Shown: positions 37,843-46,780 of the stretch, piece by piece
Layout of the letters: every line of letters begins with the position of its first letter
Numbering within the stretch: position 1 is the stretch's first letter
NCBI GenBank assembly: GCA_018696595.1
Contig: JABHQW010000003.1
Location: 247,757 to 311,756 of the forward strand
Direction of reading: 5' to 3'
Source: Candidatus Woesearchaeota archaeon
Lineage (GTDB): Archaea; Nanobdellota; Nanobdellia; Woesearchaeales; GW2011-AR9
Length of the DNA: 64,000 bases
Program-made: the position numbers and the translations under genes
The notes under the pieces: model-generated
What the model was told of the DNA's origin: nothing
The model's database searches: none
Seen by the model: only the letters and a program-made list of their open reading frames with translations

Positions 37843-38775
37843 CTAACCTTTTAAATCAAAACCTTTCTTATATGAAGCCATTAATTGATTATCAGCATCA
37901 TACAAAGTAATTGTAACATCCACATCTGAAAGATCACCAACTGTTGATTCACTATAAGAAAACCCACCAGAAATTGTTGCGGTTGAACTAACTGCGGTTT
38001 TAGATTTTACAGTCTTTGAACTTGGTGCTAAGGATGCAGTTTTCTCAAAATCATCATAACCCTCTACCATTACCACAAAATGGTCTGGCTTAACCGTACC
38101 AGCTTCATTATTCTTAATAGTATATTTGATTTTTTCAATCTTTCCCCATGTACCTTTCCAGTTGATATTAACATCAGTAATTGCTAAAGCAACATTAGCA
38201 TATGAAGTAACTACATCTTCATCGGATTCTTCTGCAACAGCAGCTTCTTCTGCAACAACTGGCTCTTCAACTGAATCTTCAACTGAATCTTCAACTGAAT
38301 CTTCAATTTCTTCTGTAGTGGTATTATTTTCTACAGTCGAACCACCAGTGGGGGTTCCCTCATCGGTAGAATCAGAAAATAGCCCAGTAAAGAACCCTGA
38401 TACGGAAGAGGCTATAGAACTATCTTCAACAGCCACTTTAGTTTCTTCAGCAACTTCAACAGTTGAAGTTGTTGTTTCTGCATCGCAGCCAACACTTAGT
38501 CTTCCTAATAAAAAGAAACAAATAAGTAATAGAACAATTAAAGCCCATTTAATTAATTGTACTGGTTTAATTTTAAAATTAATTGTAACTTCTTCTTCTA
38601 ACAATTTAGGTTTAGCACGCTTATGTTTTGTATGACGTTCTTCCCCAACTGTAATTTCTTCATTTTCCATTGTTTCTCCAAAATCTTCCATTTCTTCTTT
38701 CACCGCCTTTTTATTTTTACTTCGATCTTTATTCTTAAATTTTTTCCAAGCTTCGTGTATGTGTTCGTCTTTCAT
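37843..38775 (-). CDS. Membrane-anchored protein with acidic linker and Ig-like C-terminal domain
   Basis: Single TM; Ser/Thr/Glu linker with a 12-bp tandem repeat (TCTTCAACTGAA x3, 38264-38306; EDSV x3). Confidence 0.7.
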   Translation of the reverse strand: MKDEHIHEAWKKFKNKDRSKNKKAVKEEMEDFGETMENEEITVGEERHTKHKRAKPKLLEEEVTINFKIKPVQLIKWALIVLLLICFFLLGRLSVGCDAETTTSTVEVAEETKVAVEDSSIASSVSGFFTGLFSDSTDEGTPTGGSTVENNTTTEEIEDSVEDSVEDSVEEPVVAEEAAVAEESDEDVVTSYANVALAITDVNINWKGTWGKIEKIKYTIKNNEAGTVKPDHFVVMVEGYDDFEKTASLAPSSKTVKSKTAVSSTATISGGFSYSESTVGDLSDVDVTITLYDADNQLMASYKKGFDLKG

Positions 38776-38783
38776 TTTTCAGT

Positions 38784-38960
38784 TTAAATTAGGAATAGCA
38801 CAAAAGAGACCAATATTAAAAACAAACCCCCCCCGATTACTCCAAAAGAGATTTGTTCACCCAAAGTTAAATTCTTAAAGTTTTTCAGTTTATTAATAAT
38901 AAACTGAACAAAAGCATTAACTTTCTGGTTAAATTCATTTAATTGTTGTTTAAAGTCCAT
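38784..38960 (-). CDS. 58-aa membrane microprotein (below the ORF-track cutoff)
   Basis: MDFKQQLNEFNQKVNAFVQFIINKLKNFKNLTLGEQISFGVIGGGLFLILVSFVLFLI*. Fills the intergenic gap and is co-oriented with its neighbours. Confidence 0.7.
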   Translation of the reverse strand: MDFKQQLNEFNQKVNAFVQFIINKLKNFKNLTLGEQISFGVIGGGLFLILVSFVLFLI

Positions 38961-38997
38961 CTTATTAGTATTAGTAAATTGAAGTAATATAAAAAGC

Positions 38998-40356
38998 TTA
39001 CTTCAAATACTTGTTTACCTCCTTCTCAGGCCAACCATTCTCAATCAAGGTTTTCTTTACTTGATCTAAAGGGACGTTCTTAACTTTCTCCTTTTTGATA
39101 TATTCTTTAATTTCGTTAGCAGAATCCAGTTTAGGTTTCAGATATAATAAGAAAACTAACCCGCCAATGATTATTAACAAAACAATTGAAGCAACTATTA
39201 ATAAAATAGGAGTAAGTTTACTTTTTTCTTTTAGGGGCTCTGTCTCTTCAGAACCAAATGTAAAGTCCGGTTCAACAATTTTTTCTTGAGGAATTCCTTG
39301 CTGATCTAATCCAACATCTAAGTTGTTTATATTTAAATCATCTTTAGAGCCAGATTTACCAGAAACCCCAGAACTAGTGCCAGAAGAACTTCCTTGACAA
39401 GATTGTTCTTCTGTTGGCTTAGTTAAAGTAGTGCCACAATAATGTTTATCTGTACAAGTACGTGTTTGCTTCCCACCACTGCAAGAACTCCAACCAGTAC
39501 AATTCCAAGACTCTAGACACATAAAACATTCAACAGTTTCAACATAATCCATTTCACAACCATACTTATCAGTACAATTTTGTGATTTTGTTCCATTAGC
39601 ACAAGTAGTCCACTCTGTACAAGTCCAATAAGTGTTACAATCAGGATCAAACCCTGTTTTATTTAGTAAGTTAATAACATTTTCCAGTAAATCTTCAGTA
39701 TTATCAATCAAAATATTTGAAAGATTAACCAAAGTTTCATTCACAGGATCAACATCTTCTAAATCATCAACATAATCATCAATATCATCAGAAAAATCTT
39801 CTAAATCTTCTTTTAGTTCATCTAAATCTTCTCCTAACTCCTTAAGATCCTCTAAGTCCTCTAAAGTTAATAATGAAGTTTGATTAGGCTGGTTTGTTGT
39901 ATTATGCTCAACACTTTCATTTGTAATTTCATAATATTCTTCTTCAAAATCAGAATAAGTTTCGTTGTAACCCATAAATTCATTTTTAAACCAAGAATAA
40001 TCTTTTATTGTTTCTGGTCCTGATTCTGGTTCAGAGATAACGCAATCTTCCCCTAAACAGAACTCTTTAGTCTGAGAATTTCCATCCGCACAATTAACAA
40101 TAATTTCATACTTACCAAGAGTATTATCAGACTTTGTATTATAATTCATCTGCCAGCTAGCGAACCCCTGATCCACAGTTACTGGAAATCCAGAGGGATT
40201 ATTTATCATTAATAAAGAAGTTTCAACACAACCAAAAACACTAATCGTAACTATTTCATCTAAATTATAATTATCTTTTGGAAGACTGATTTCTACCGCC
40301 AAAGCTAAAGGTAAGATTATGATTAAGCCAATTATAAACAGTAACGGGAACCTCAT
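38998..40356 (-). CDS. Surface protein with thrombospondin-like WxCxxWxxC repeats, TM anchor and cytoplasmic GW mini-domain
   Basis: Signal peptide; acidic coiled coil; two WTCTEWTTC/WNCTGWSSC repeats; TM; tail YIK...LIENGWPEKEV. Confidence 0.8.
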   Translation of the reverse strand: MRFPLLFIIGLIIILPLALAVEISLPKDNYNLDEIVTISVFGCVETSLLMINNPSGFPVTVDQGFASWQMNYNTKSDNTLGKYEIIVNCADGNSQTKEFCLGEDCVISEPESGPETIKDYSWFKNEFMGYNETYSDFEEEYYEITNESVEHNTTNQPNQTSLLTLEDLEDLKELGEDLDELKEDLEDFSDDIDDYVDDLEDVDPVNETLVNLSNILIDNTEDLLENVINLLNKTGFDPDCNTYWTCTEWTTCANGTKSQNCTDKYGCEMDYVETVECFMCLESWNCTGWSSCSGGKQTRTCTDKHYCGTTLTKPTEEQSCQGSSSGTSSGVSGKSGSKDDLNINNLDVGLDQQGIPQEKIVEPDFTFGSEETEPLKEKSKLTPILLIVASIVLLIIIGGLVFLLYLKPKLDSANEIKEYIKKEKVKNVPLDQVKKTLIENGWPEKEVNKYLK

Positions 40357-40357
40357 T

Positions 40358-41527
40358 TTAAGATAATCCTTCATATTGCACTTCAAAAGTTTCATTTAAA
40401 TAAACCGTCCAAAGACTGGGATCATTAACATCAAAAACAACAACCTTTTTTGTTTTGACTAAATCTAAATCTGGATAACTTACAATATGATCATAAGGTT
40501 GATCTTTTTCTAAAGAAGGGTAAAGAATCTTACTAAATAGAATGATTGCCCCATCTTCATCTAATAGAGTTGTAATCACCCAGAAGGGTTTATCAACATT
40601 CTCAATAGCAAAAAGTTTTGTTGTTGTCTTACTGACGTCTTCTGCGTTTAATAATGGTGGAGCAATAACACAAGCACCATCCAAACAAATTGTTTTTTCA
40701 GGACAAGTTTCAAGTTCCCAATCAACAAAATTATCTTCACTGCAAACATACTCAATAACTTTACTAGAATCATAACAACTATCTTGCTTTGAAGTTAATT
40801 TATTTTCTGCAGAACCAGAAGTTAAATCCAATTCAATTCCAGTAATAGTTCCTTTCTTAGAAGTATCATTTAAATCGGAATCTTGACAAAAAGAAGTAAT
40901 TTCACCAGTAGTATTGATAGTAATCGAATAATTTGTTACAAGATCATCACCAGTAAATCCATCACAATATTGGTTAAGTGGGTCTTCTGTTGAAAAGTTA
41001 CCATCTTTCCATTTTGATAAAACTTCATCAAGTTTGTTTAAAGGATATTGACAATTAATTTCTGTTCCTATTTGTTCTTTTGCATAATTTTGATTAATAT
41101 ATTCCTTTGCATCAATACTTTCTTGAGTTGCACCATTCTCTAATAAAGTTTGTATTGCTTTTTCAGTATATTCTAAACTCATATTAGTTATTGTTTGCTT
41201 AATGATACATTTTTCTGCAATAATCATCTCATAAATTTCAAGGTCAACTGACGAGGTTACATTAACACCAAGAATATCAATAGAGAAATTATTTGTAAAT
41301 TTAACAGGAATGCAATCTTTTGCAGATTCCATAAAACAAGTAAAATTGGTGCCACAATCATTATCGGTCCCAGTAGCTTTACCAGCAAAATTTCCTGAAG
41401 AAAATAATAGGATAAACATTATTATGATTAATCCGATTGTAATAGAAGCAATGATTAATGTTTTGTGCGCATCTTTATGGTTAGCTACAGGATGTGCTTC
41501 ATTATGGTTATTTCTATCTAAATCCAT
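40358..41527 (-). CDS. Membrane-anchored Cys-rich surface protein
   Basis: N-terminal TM, then AGKAT; CQDSD...KG...DSC...EYVC...CPE..CLDGAC module. Confidence 0.75.
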   Translation of the reverse strand: MDLDRNNHNEAHPVANHKDAHKTLIIASITIGLIIIMFILLFSSGNFAGKATGTDNDCGTNFTCFMESAKDCIPVKFTNNFSIDILGVNVTSSVDLEIYEMIIAEKCIIKQTITNMSLEYTEKAIQTLLENGATQESIDAKEYINQNYAKEQIGTEINCQYPLNKLDEVLSKWKDGNFSTEDPLNQYCDGFTGDDLVTNYSITINTTGEITSFCQDSDLNDTSKKGTITGIELDLTSGSAENKLTSKQDSCYDSSKVIEYVCSEDNFVDWELETCPEKTICLDGACVIAPPLLNAEDVSKTTTKLFAIENVDKPFWVITTLLDEDGAIILFSKILYPSLEKDQPYDHIVSYPDLDLVKTKKVVVFDVNDPSLWTVYLNETFEVQYEGLS

Positions 41528-41619
41528 TTATTGGTCCTCTTTTGTATAAAGAAAATACTTTATTATTTATATAGGTTTGGATTTAAGAAAAAAGTAAAAA
41601 GATTAAAAATAAAGAAAAA

Positions 41620-42039
41620 TTATTCCTTCTTTTCTTCTTTAGGTGCTTCTTCAGCAGGAGCTTCATCTAAAGATTTAGAACCTTCCTTAAGAACTTTCAA
41701 GTTAACTTGTCGAATAATCTTAGTAACTAATTCTCCGCAAACAGTTCTACGTTTCAAAAGACCTTTTTGTTTCTGTTTATTTCTATTCTTACCAGAAAAT
41801 CCAACACCTTTACCGATCATAATTTGTTTTCTAGGTTCTTGGATACCTTTCCGCATTGGAAATCCACATTTGTCTGATCCACCAGTTATTTCAAATTCAT
41901 ACCCTTCAAATCCTAATAAGTCACCAGAAATCTTTTCACTAATTCTTCTTTTCAATAAATTGTCTGCTTCTGGACTTTTAATTTCTTTTTGATAAGTTTT
42001 TCCGTCCTTTGCTCCAATTACACATTTAAAGTCTACCAT
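41620..42039 (-). CDS. rps6e: 30S ribosomal protein S6e
   Basis: EFEITGGSDKCGFPMRKG, RRTVCGE; RBS GGGGAG. Confidence 0.96.
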   Translation of the reverse strand: MVDFKCVIGAKDGKTYQKEIKSPEADNLLKRRISEKISGDLLGFEGYEFEITGGSDKCGFPMRKGIQEPRKQIMIGKGVGFSGKNRNKQKQKGLLKRRTVCGELVTKIIRQVNLKVLKEGSKSLDEAPAEEAPKEEKKE

Positions 42040-42051
42040 TTTATTTATTCT

Positions 42052-42105
42052 CCCCGAGACTCAAGAACTTACCAGTTCACGCCCAAATAGGGTTATCTCA
42101 GCTTG
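42052..42105 (-). promoter_or_regulatory. Structured 5' leader of rps6e (three-way junction)
   Basis: CTGAGA/TCTCGG closing stem, CCC-TATTT-GGG and GAACT-GGTA-AGTTC hairpins; TATA at 42137; the stem overlaps the RBS. Confidence 0.5.
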
Positions 42106-42151
42106 TTTTATGGTTATTTCTTTGTAGTTTTTATAAAGATTTGGGTTAAAT

Positions 42152-42337
42152 TTACTCAGAATTCTCTAAACCAGTCAATTCTTCAGAAAATGTAGAATGT
42201 TCTGCTCTTAATGCCTCTAAAGTCTTCTTTTTGAACTCATTTATCTGGTTTCTGCTTGAATCCCACTCTAACGGTTTTATTTTCCGTTCTAGGTTGAAGA
42301 GCATTTCCTGTAGTTCAGATATTCTTTCTTTAGACAT
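42152..42337 (-). CDS. Small coiled-coil protein
   Basis: 61 aa; own TATA about 30 bp upstream. Confidence 0.65.
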   Translation of the reverse strand: MSKERISELQEMLFNLERKIKPLEWDSSRNQINEFKKKTLEALRAEHSTFSEELTGLENSE

Positions 42338-42454
42338 ATTAAGAGGTGAGACGTTGATTTATATAAAGGTTAGGTAATAAAAAGAAGAAAAAGAAAGAAA
42401 GTTAAACAACTAGCGAGAATAACTCACTTTAACTAAAGTTATTTTTAGTATATT

Positions 42455-43390
42455 TCATTCCAAAAATCTAACATTTTGGGAAACATTGAATTGGTTAAAT
42501 CTTTCTAATTCTCTTTCTAACTCCCTTACTTTAACATCTTGCTCTTGATCATGCTCTTCATCTTGCCATCCAATAAAGATCTTACTATTACTTGCTTTTT
42601 CTTCCAAAATCATCTTCATTCTTCCAAGTGCTTCTTTAGCATCACGCAAATTTGCCCTGGGATGATCTGGAAACATTTTGCCGCTTCTTTCAGATTGATA
42701 ATAGGGGTGGAAATTAAAATCTACAGGAACACCATATTGTTCACTCAATTCTAAACCATATTTCATAGTTTCAACTACTTCTTGAATGGCTTCTTCACCA
42801 GTTAATTCAGGAGGTTGAAAAACAATGTTAACATCAATTCCTACTTCCCCATTATATTCACCTACATTACTAAATAATCTTTCTATCCCTCCCTTAGTCA
42901 TTCTCTTATTCAATTTTCCAATCCTTATTTCATCATTCTGAGATTCAATCCCCAAGATTATTCTTGCCTGTTGATCTTCTCTTAAAGATTTAACAACATA
43001 GTCAAGACTATCTTTAGTCACATACATTTCTCTTGAATCAAGAGATACTACCTTACACTTATCCAAAGATGAAATATAACCTAATATTGTTCCCAAAGTC
43101 CTACGAGACATTTCTCTTTGATCTAGTACACTGCCGGAATTATACACCAAAAGATGTTCCGCATCTTGAAGATCATCTTTGAAATAATCCTTTAACCATT
43201 CTAATCTTTCAAGATTCATGTCAGGAGTAAAAAGTCCTTCCCCTTCACCAATATCACAATGATGACAATCCCCCCTAAGATAAAAAGGGCAGGAACCATT
43301 TTCATTACCAATGGCCAAAGCAACACGTTTTCCATCTGGCCCATAAGCAACCCCAAGTTGGATATCGGCATTATTTATTTTCGGTCTCAT
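42455..43390 (-). CDS. Radical SAM protein, TIGR01210/RaSEA-like
   Basis: CPFYLRGDCHHC (Cx7Cx2C), VYNSGSVLD, DSREMYV, GIESQNDEIR...LNK. Confidence 0.7.
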   Translation of the reverse strand: MRPKINNADIQLGVAYGPDGKRVALAIGNENGSCPFYLRGDCHHCDIGEGEGLFTPDMNLERLEWLKDYFKDDLQDAEHLLVYNSGSVLDQREMSRRTLGTILGYISSLDKCKVVSLDSREMYVTKDSLDYVVKSLREDQQARIILGIESQNDEIRIGKLNKRMTKGGIERLFSNVGEYNGEVGIDVNIVFQPPELTGEEAIQEVVETMKYGLELSEQYGVPVDFNFHPYYQSERSGKMFPDHPRANLRDAKEALGRMKMILEEKASNSKIFIGWQDEEHDQEQDVKVRELERELERFNQFNVSQNVRFLE

Positions 43391-44133
43391 CTTAAATCAT
43401 ACACGACAAGAAAACCATAGTTCCTGCTCTGTGTATCCTCCATTACCTCTGGTATGACACTAACAACCTTGCCACCGTTTCTCACATGAAATCTTGCTCC
43501 AAGATCTCTTGGTAATTCAGTACCTTGCTTCTTTTCTCTAAGATATGCTTCAACCTCATCAATTGTCGGATTTTCATATTCCTTGCTTAAACAAGGGATC
43601 CGAGCATATCCAATTGCAAATTTTTTCCCTCCATCCCTTGAAACATTTAACGCATTTTCAACTAGATAATCAACTAAATGAAACCCTCTCTTCTCGGGGA
43701 TTATTGTAACTCCAATCAAAAAAGTACAATCACTTGTGGGATCATGAGTATTAACTCCGGAGCCCTTGATAAATCCACCATTAGTCGCTTCATACCAATT
43801 TCTGGGCAAGTTATATTCTTGTACTATTTCATTCCAAGGTAGAAAGCCACTATGACCATATCTTCCCATAATTTGAGCAATTGTCTCCGAATTAATCCAA
43901 GAAGGGTTCTGGTAACTAATGATTCCCGAAGGGATCCCATCATGTTCAAGTAAGTCAATTGTTCCTAATTTTATCCTGTTCTTCAAAGCGTCTTGGTTAG
44001 CAACCATGCCTTCCTCCTTACTATTCCAACCACTATGTTCAATCCCACAAATCACCCCCAGGTCTTCAATTCTAGGCCTAACAATATTAGTGCGACTGAT
44101 CCTTTTTTTGTCTTTAGTTTTTATCATTACCAT
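43387..44133 (-). CDS. GNAT-family acetyltransferase
   Basis: THDPT...GVTIIPEKRGFHL (acetyl-CoA motif A), GYARIP, RFHVRNGG...SRNYGFLVVY; ATGA overlap with the rSAM gene. Confidence 0.75.
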   Translation of the reverse strand: MVMIKTKDKKRISRTNIVRPRIEDLGVICGIEHSGWNSKEEGMVANQDALKNRIKLGTIDLLEHDGIPSGIISYQNPSWINSETIAQIMGRYGHSGFLPWNEIVQEYNLPRNWYEATNGGFIKGSGVNTHDPTSDCTFLIGVTIIPEKRGFHLVDYLVENALNVSRDGGKKFAIGYARIPCLSKEYENPTIDEVEAYLREKKQGTELPRDLGARFHVRNGGKVVSVIPEVMEDTQSRNYGFLVVYDLR

Positions 44134-44260
44134 GTATTAGTGGTAACACCAAGACTACTTAAACTTATGTTGTAAGATTCCTTACGAAAATAAAATTGAT
44201 ACTAAAGAAGACACTTTCCTACCACAACATTTATAAATAAATTAACAATAGTTAATAACC

Positions 44261-44428
44261 ATGGTAAGTTACGGCTCAAACTCAGGATATGGAACAAGTT
44301 CAGGCCATCAAGTAGTAGGCTATGGCTCATCTGGAACGGGTTATTCGGTAACAACTTCATCCTGGCAGAAGACAACTTGCTGTGGAGCTAGGAAGTTCAA
44401 TCAAATTTGTACAGATTGCCCAGGTTAA
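44261..44428 (+). CDS. 55-aa Gly/Ser/Tyr-rich, Cys-tailed peptide (not in ORF track)
   Basis: MVSYGSNSGYGTSSGHQVVGYGSSGTGYSVTTSSWQKTTCCGARKFNQICTDCPG*; TTTATAAA 31 bp upstream; first gene before the HTH-iscS-iscU operon. Confidence 0.75.
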   Translation: MVSYGSNSGYGTSSGHQVVGYGSSGTGYSVTTSSWQKTTCCGARKFNQICTDCPG

Positions 44429-44452
44429 AATAATAAAAAGAGGTAAAATAAA

Positions 44453-44824
44453 ATGTTAAAAAAACTAATATTCCCACAAGAAATTGAAGTCTGGTATATT
44501 CTGCCAGCAATTAGAAAGAAAATATCACTAAAACTAACAGAAAATCTTGCTCAAAAAGATGTTGCAGAAATCATGGGCGTTACTCCTGCCGCAATTTCGC
44601 AATACAAAAAACAAAAGCGAGCCAAAGAAGAGATTTTTGATAAAGAAATGGAAAAAGAATTAGAAGTCTCTGTTAAAAATATCCTCAAAGATAACAATAA
44701 TTTGGGTGATGAAATTATTCGATTAAACAATCTAATGAAAAAGAAAGGCATTGTTTGTAAAATTTACAAAAATATTTGTGCTTTGAAAAAAAGTAAAGCC
44801 TGTTGCTATTGTAATAAAAAATGA
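44453..44824 (+). CDS. Archaeal HTH transcriptional regulator (COG2522-like) with Cys-rich tail
   Basis: FPQEIEVWYILPAIR...AQKDVAEIMGVTPAAISQY; C-terminal C..C...CCYC; RBS GAGGT. Confidence 0.85.
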   Translation: MLKKLIFPQEIEVWYILPAIRKKISLKLTENLAQKDVAEIMGVTPAAISQYKKQKRAKEEIFDKEMEKELEVSVKNILKDNNNLGDEIIRLNNLMKKKGIVCKIYKNICALKKSKACCYCNKK

Positions 44825-45954
44825 AAACAATCTATTTAGATCATGCAGCCACCACTCCGTTAGATCCAAGAGTGAAAAAGGAAATGGATTCTATTAAAAC
44901 TTATGCTAATCCTAGCGCTTTACATCAAATGGGATTAGAAGCAAAAGAGATTCTTAACAATGCAAGAAATAAAGTTGCTAAGATTCTAAATGCAGAACCA
45001 GAAGAAATTATTTTCACTTCTGGCGGAACTGAATCAATTAATCTAGCAATTAAAGGAATAGGAAAAGGGCACATTATTACCAGTAAGGTTGAACATCCCG
45101 CTGTTTTAGAAACATGTAAATTCTTAGAAAGAAATGGATGCAATGTCTCTTACTTAGATGTTGACAAAGATGGTTTAATTTCTTTAAAAGATTTAGAAAA
45201 AGCAATAAAGAAAGAAACAATCTTGATTACAATCATGTACGCCAATAATGAGATTGGCACAATTCAACCAGTAAAAGAGATTTCTAAGATTGCCAAGAAA
45301 CATAAGGTTCCATTCCATACCGATGCCTGTCAAGCAGGTTTCTTAAATTTAAACATTAATGCAGACCTAATTACTTTAAACGGCTCAAAGATTTACGGCC
45401 CGAAAGGAATCGGAATTCTTTACAAAAGGAAAAATATCAAATTAGAACCTTTAATGCATGGTGGGGGACAAGAATTTAATCTTAGAAGTGGCACGGAAAA
45501 TCTGACTAACATTGTTGGCTTCGCCAAAGCGTTAGAATTAGCACAAAAAGAAGACAATAATAAAATAACAAAACTAAGAGATTATTTTATTCAAAAAGTT
45601 CAGAAAGAAATACCAAGAACTTTTATTAACGGACATAAAACAAAGAGACTACAAAACAATGCCAACATTTCTTTTTTAGATGTAGAAGGGGAATCAATTT
45701 TATTATACTTAGATCACAAAGGCATTTTAGTTTCAACAGGATCTGCTTGTTCTTCAAAAAAGTTAGAAATTAGCCATGTCTTAGATGCAATTGGCATAAA
45801 ACACGATGCTGCTCATGGTTCAATCAGATTCTCATTAGGTAAATCTACAACAAAAATAGAATTAGATTATGTTGTTAAAGAATTAAAAGGAATAATCCAT
45901 TCATTAAGAATGCTTTCACCAATACATTTAAACAAAGGAGATATAAGAAAATGA
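44821..45954 (+). CDS. iscS: Cysteine desulfurase IscS/NifS
   Basis: YLDHAATTP, FTSGGTES, HTDACQ, SKIYGPKG (PLP Lys), STGSACSS (catalytic Cys). Confidence 0.95.
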   Translation: MKTIYLDHAATTPLDPRVKKEMDSIKTYANPSALHQMGLEAKEILNNARNKVAKILNAEPEEIIFTSGGTESINLAIKGIGKGHIITSKVEHPAVLETCKFLERNGCNVSYLDVDKDGLISLKDLEKAIKKETILITIMYANNEIGTIQPVKEISKIAKKHKVPFHTDACQAGFLNLNINADLITLNGSKIYGPKGIGILYKRKNIKLEPLMHGGGQEFNLRSGTENLTNIVGFAKALELAQKEDNNKITKLRDYFIQKVQKEIPRTFINGHKTKRLQNNANISFLDVEGESILLYLDHKGILVSTGSACSSKKLEISHVLDAIGIKHDAAHGSIRFSLGKSTTKIELDYVVKELKGIIHSLRMLSPIHLNKGDIRK

Positions 45955-46376
45955 AAGTTGTCGGATATAAACAAGATAAAGCTTGGCTTTATTCAAGCAA
46001 AGTAAAAGAACATTTCTTTAATCCAAAGAATATTTTCAAGAGTGATCAGGAATTAGAAGATTACAAAAAAAATGCTGATGGCGTTGGTCAAGTTGGTTCT
46101 CCAGCCTGTGGCGACGTTATGGAAATGTTTATCAAAGTTAAAAATAATAAAATCAAAGAATGTCGGTGGCGAACTTTTGGTTGCGCATCTGCAATTGCTT
46201 CAACATCAATGTTATCTGAAATGGTGGTTGGTAAAACTTTAGCTGAAGCAAAGAAGATAACTCCAAAAGATATTGTTAAAGCTCTTGGCGGGTTGCCAGC
46301 CAGAAAAATACATTGTTCTATTTTAGGAGACCAAGCGTTAAGAAAAGCAATTGAAAATTACGAGGGCAAGAAATGA
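45951..46376 (+). CDS. iscU: Fe-S scaffold IscU/NifU
   Basis: GSPACGDVM, FGCASAIAS, LPARKIHCS. Confidence 0.95.
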   Translation: MKVVGYKQDKAWLYSSKVKEHFFNPKNIFKSDQELEDYKKNADGVGQVGSPACGDVMEMFIKVKNNKIKECRWRTFGCASAIASTSMLSEMVVGKTLAEAKKITPKDIVKALGGLPARKIHCSILGDQALRKAIENYEGKK

Positions 46377-46666
46377 ATATTAAAGAGAAAATAGATTATT
46401 CTGAGAATGGGGTTTTAAGTAAAGTTATTTCTAAAACAGAGAAAAATAATCTAACTTTATTCTGTATGGCTAAAGGAACGGACATTGGAACGCACACTTC
46501 TACTAAAGAAGGTTTTGTTTATGTAATTGAAGGATTGGGGGTGTTTATTTTAGAAGGTGAAGAAATTATTATGAAAGAAGGAGTAATAATCTTCATGAAT
46601 GCTAATGCTAAACATTCTTTGAAAGCAGAAGAGAATACTAGTTTCTTGTTAAGTTTAAGTAATTAA
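46373..46666 (+). CDS. Cupin-domain protein
   Basis: LTLFCMAKGTDIGTHTS, YVIEGLG, HSLKAEEN. Confidence 0.88.
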   Translation: MNIKEKIDYSENGVLSKVISKTEKNNLTLFCMAKGTDIGTHTSTKEGFVYVIEGLGVFILEGEEIIMKEGVIIFMNANAKHSLKAEENTSFLLSLSN

Positions 46667-46704
46667 AAGAAAAGATTATAAATCAAATCATTTTCAATAA
46701 ATTA

Positions 46705-46771
46705 AATTGAGAGCAGTGATTACGCTTGGATGGTCCCAGATGAGCTTTGTGGAGTTACGCCCACCTCAATT
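46705..46771 (+). ncRNA. Stand-alone about 67-nt sRNA with a K-turn
   Basis: TATA (ATTATAAA, 46675) 30 bp upstream; terminal stem AATTGAG/CTCAATT; K-turn AGC-AGT-GAT/ATGA-GCT; second hairpin GTGG/CCAC; T-run terminator. Confidence 0.6.
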
Positions 46772-46780
46772 GTTTTTTAT

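Noticed and set aside
42052-42105. TPP riboswitch (GCTGAGA..ACCC)
   Set aside because: No upstream P2/P3 G-rich arm and no CCUGAU/GCGUAGGGAA region.
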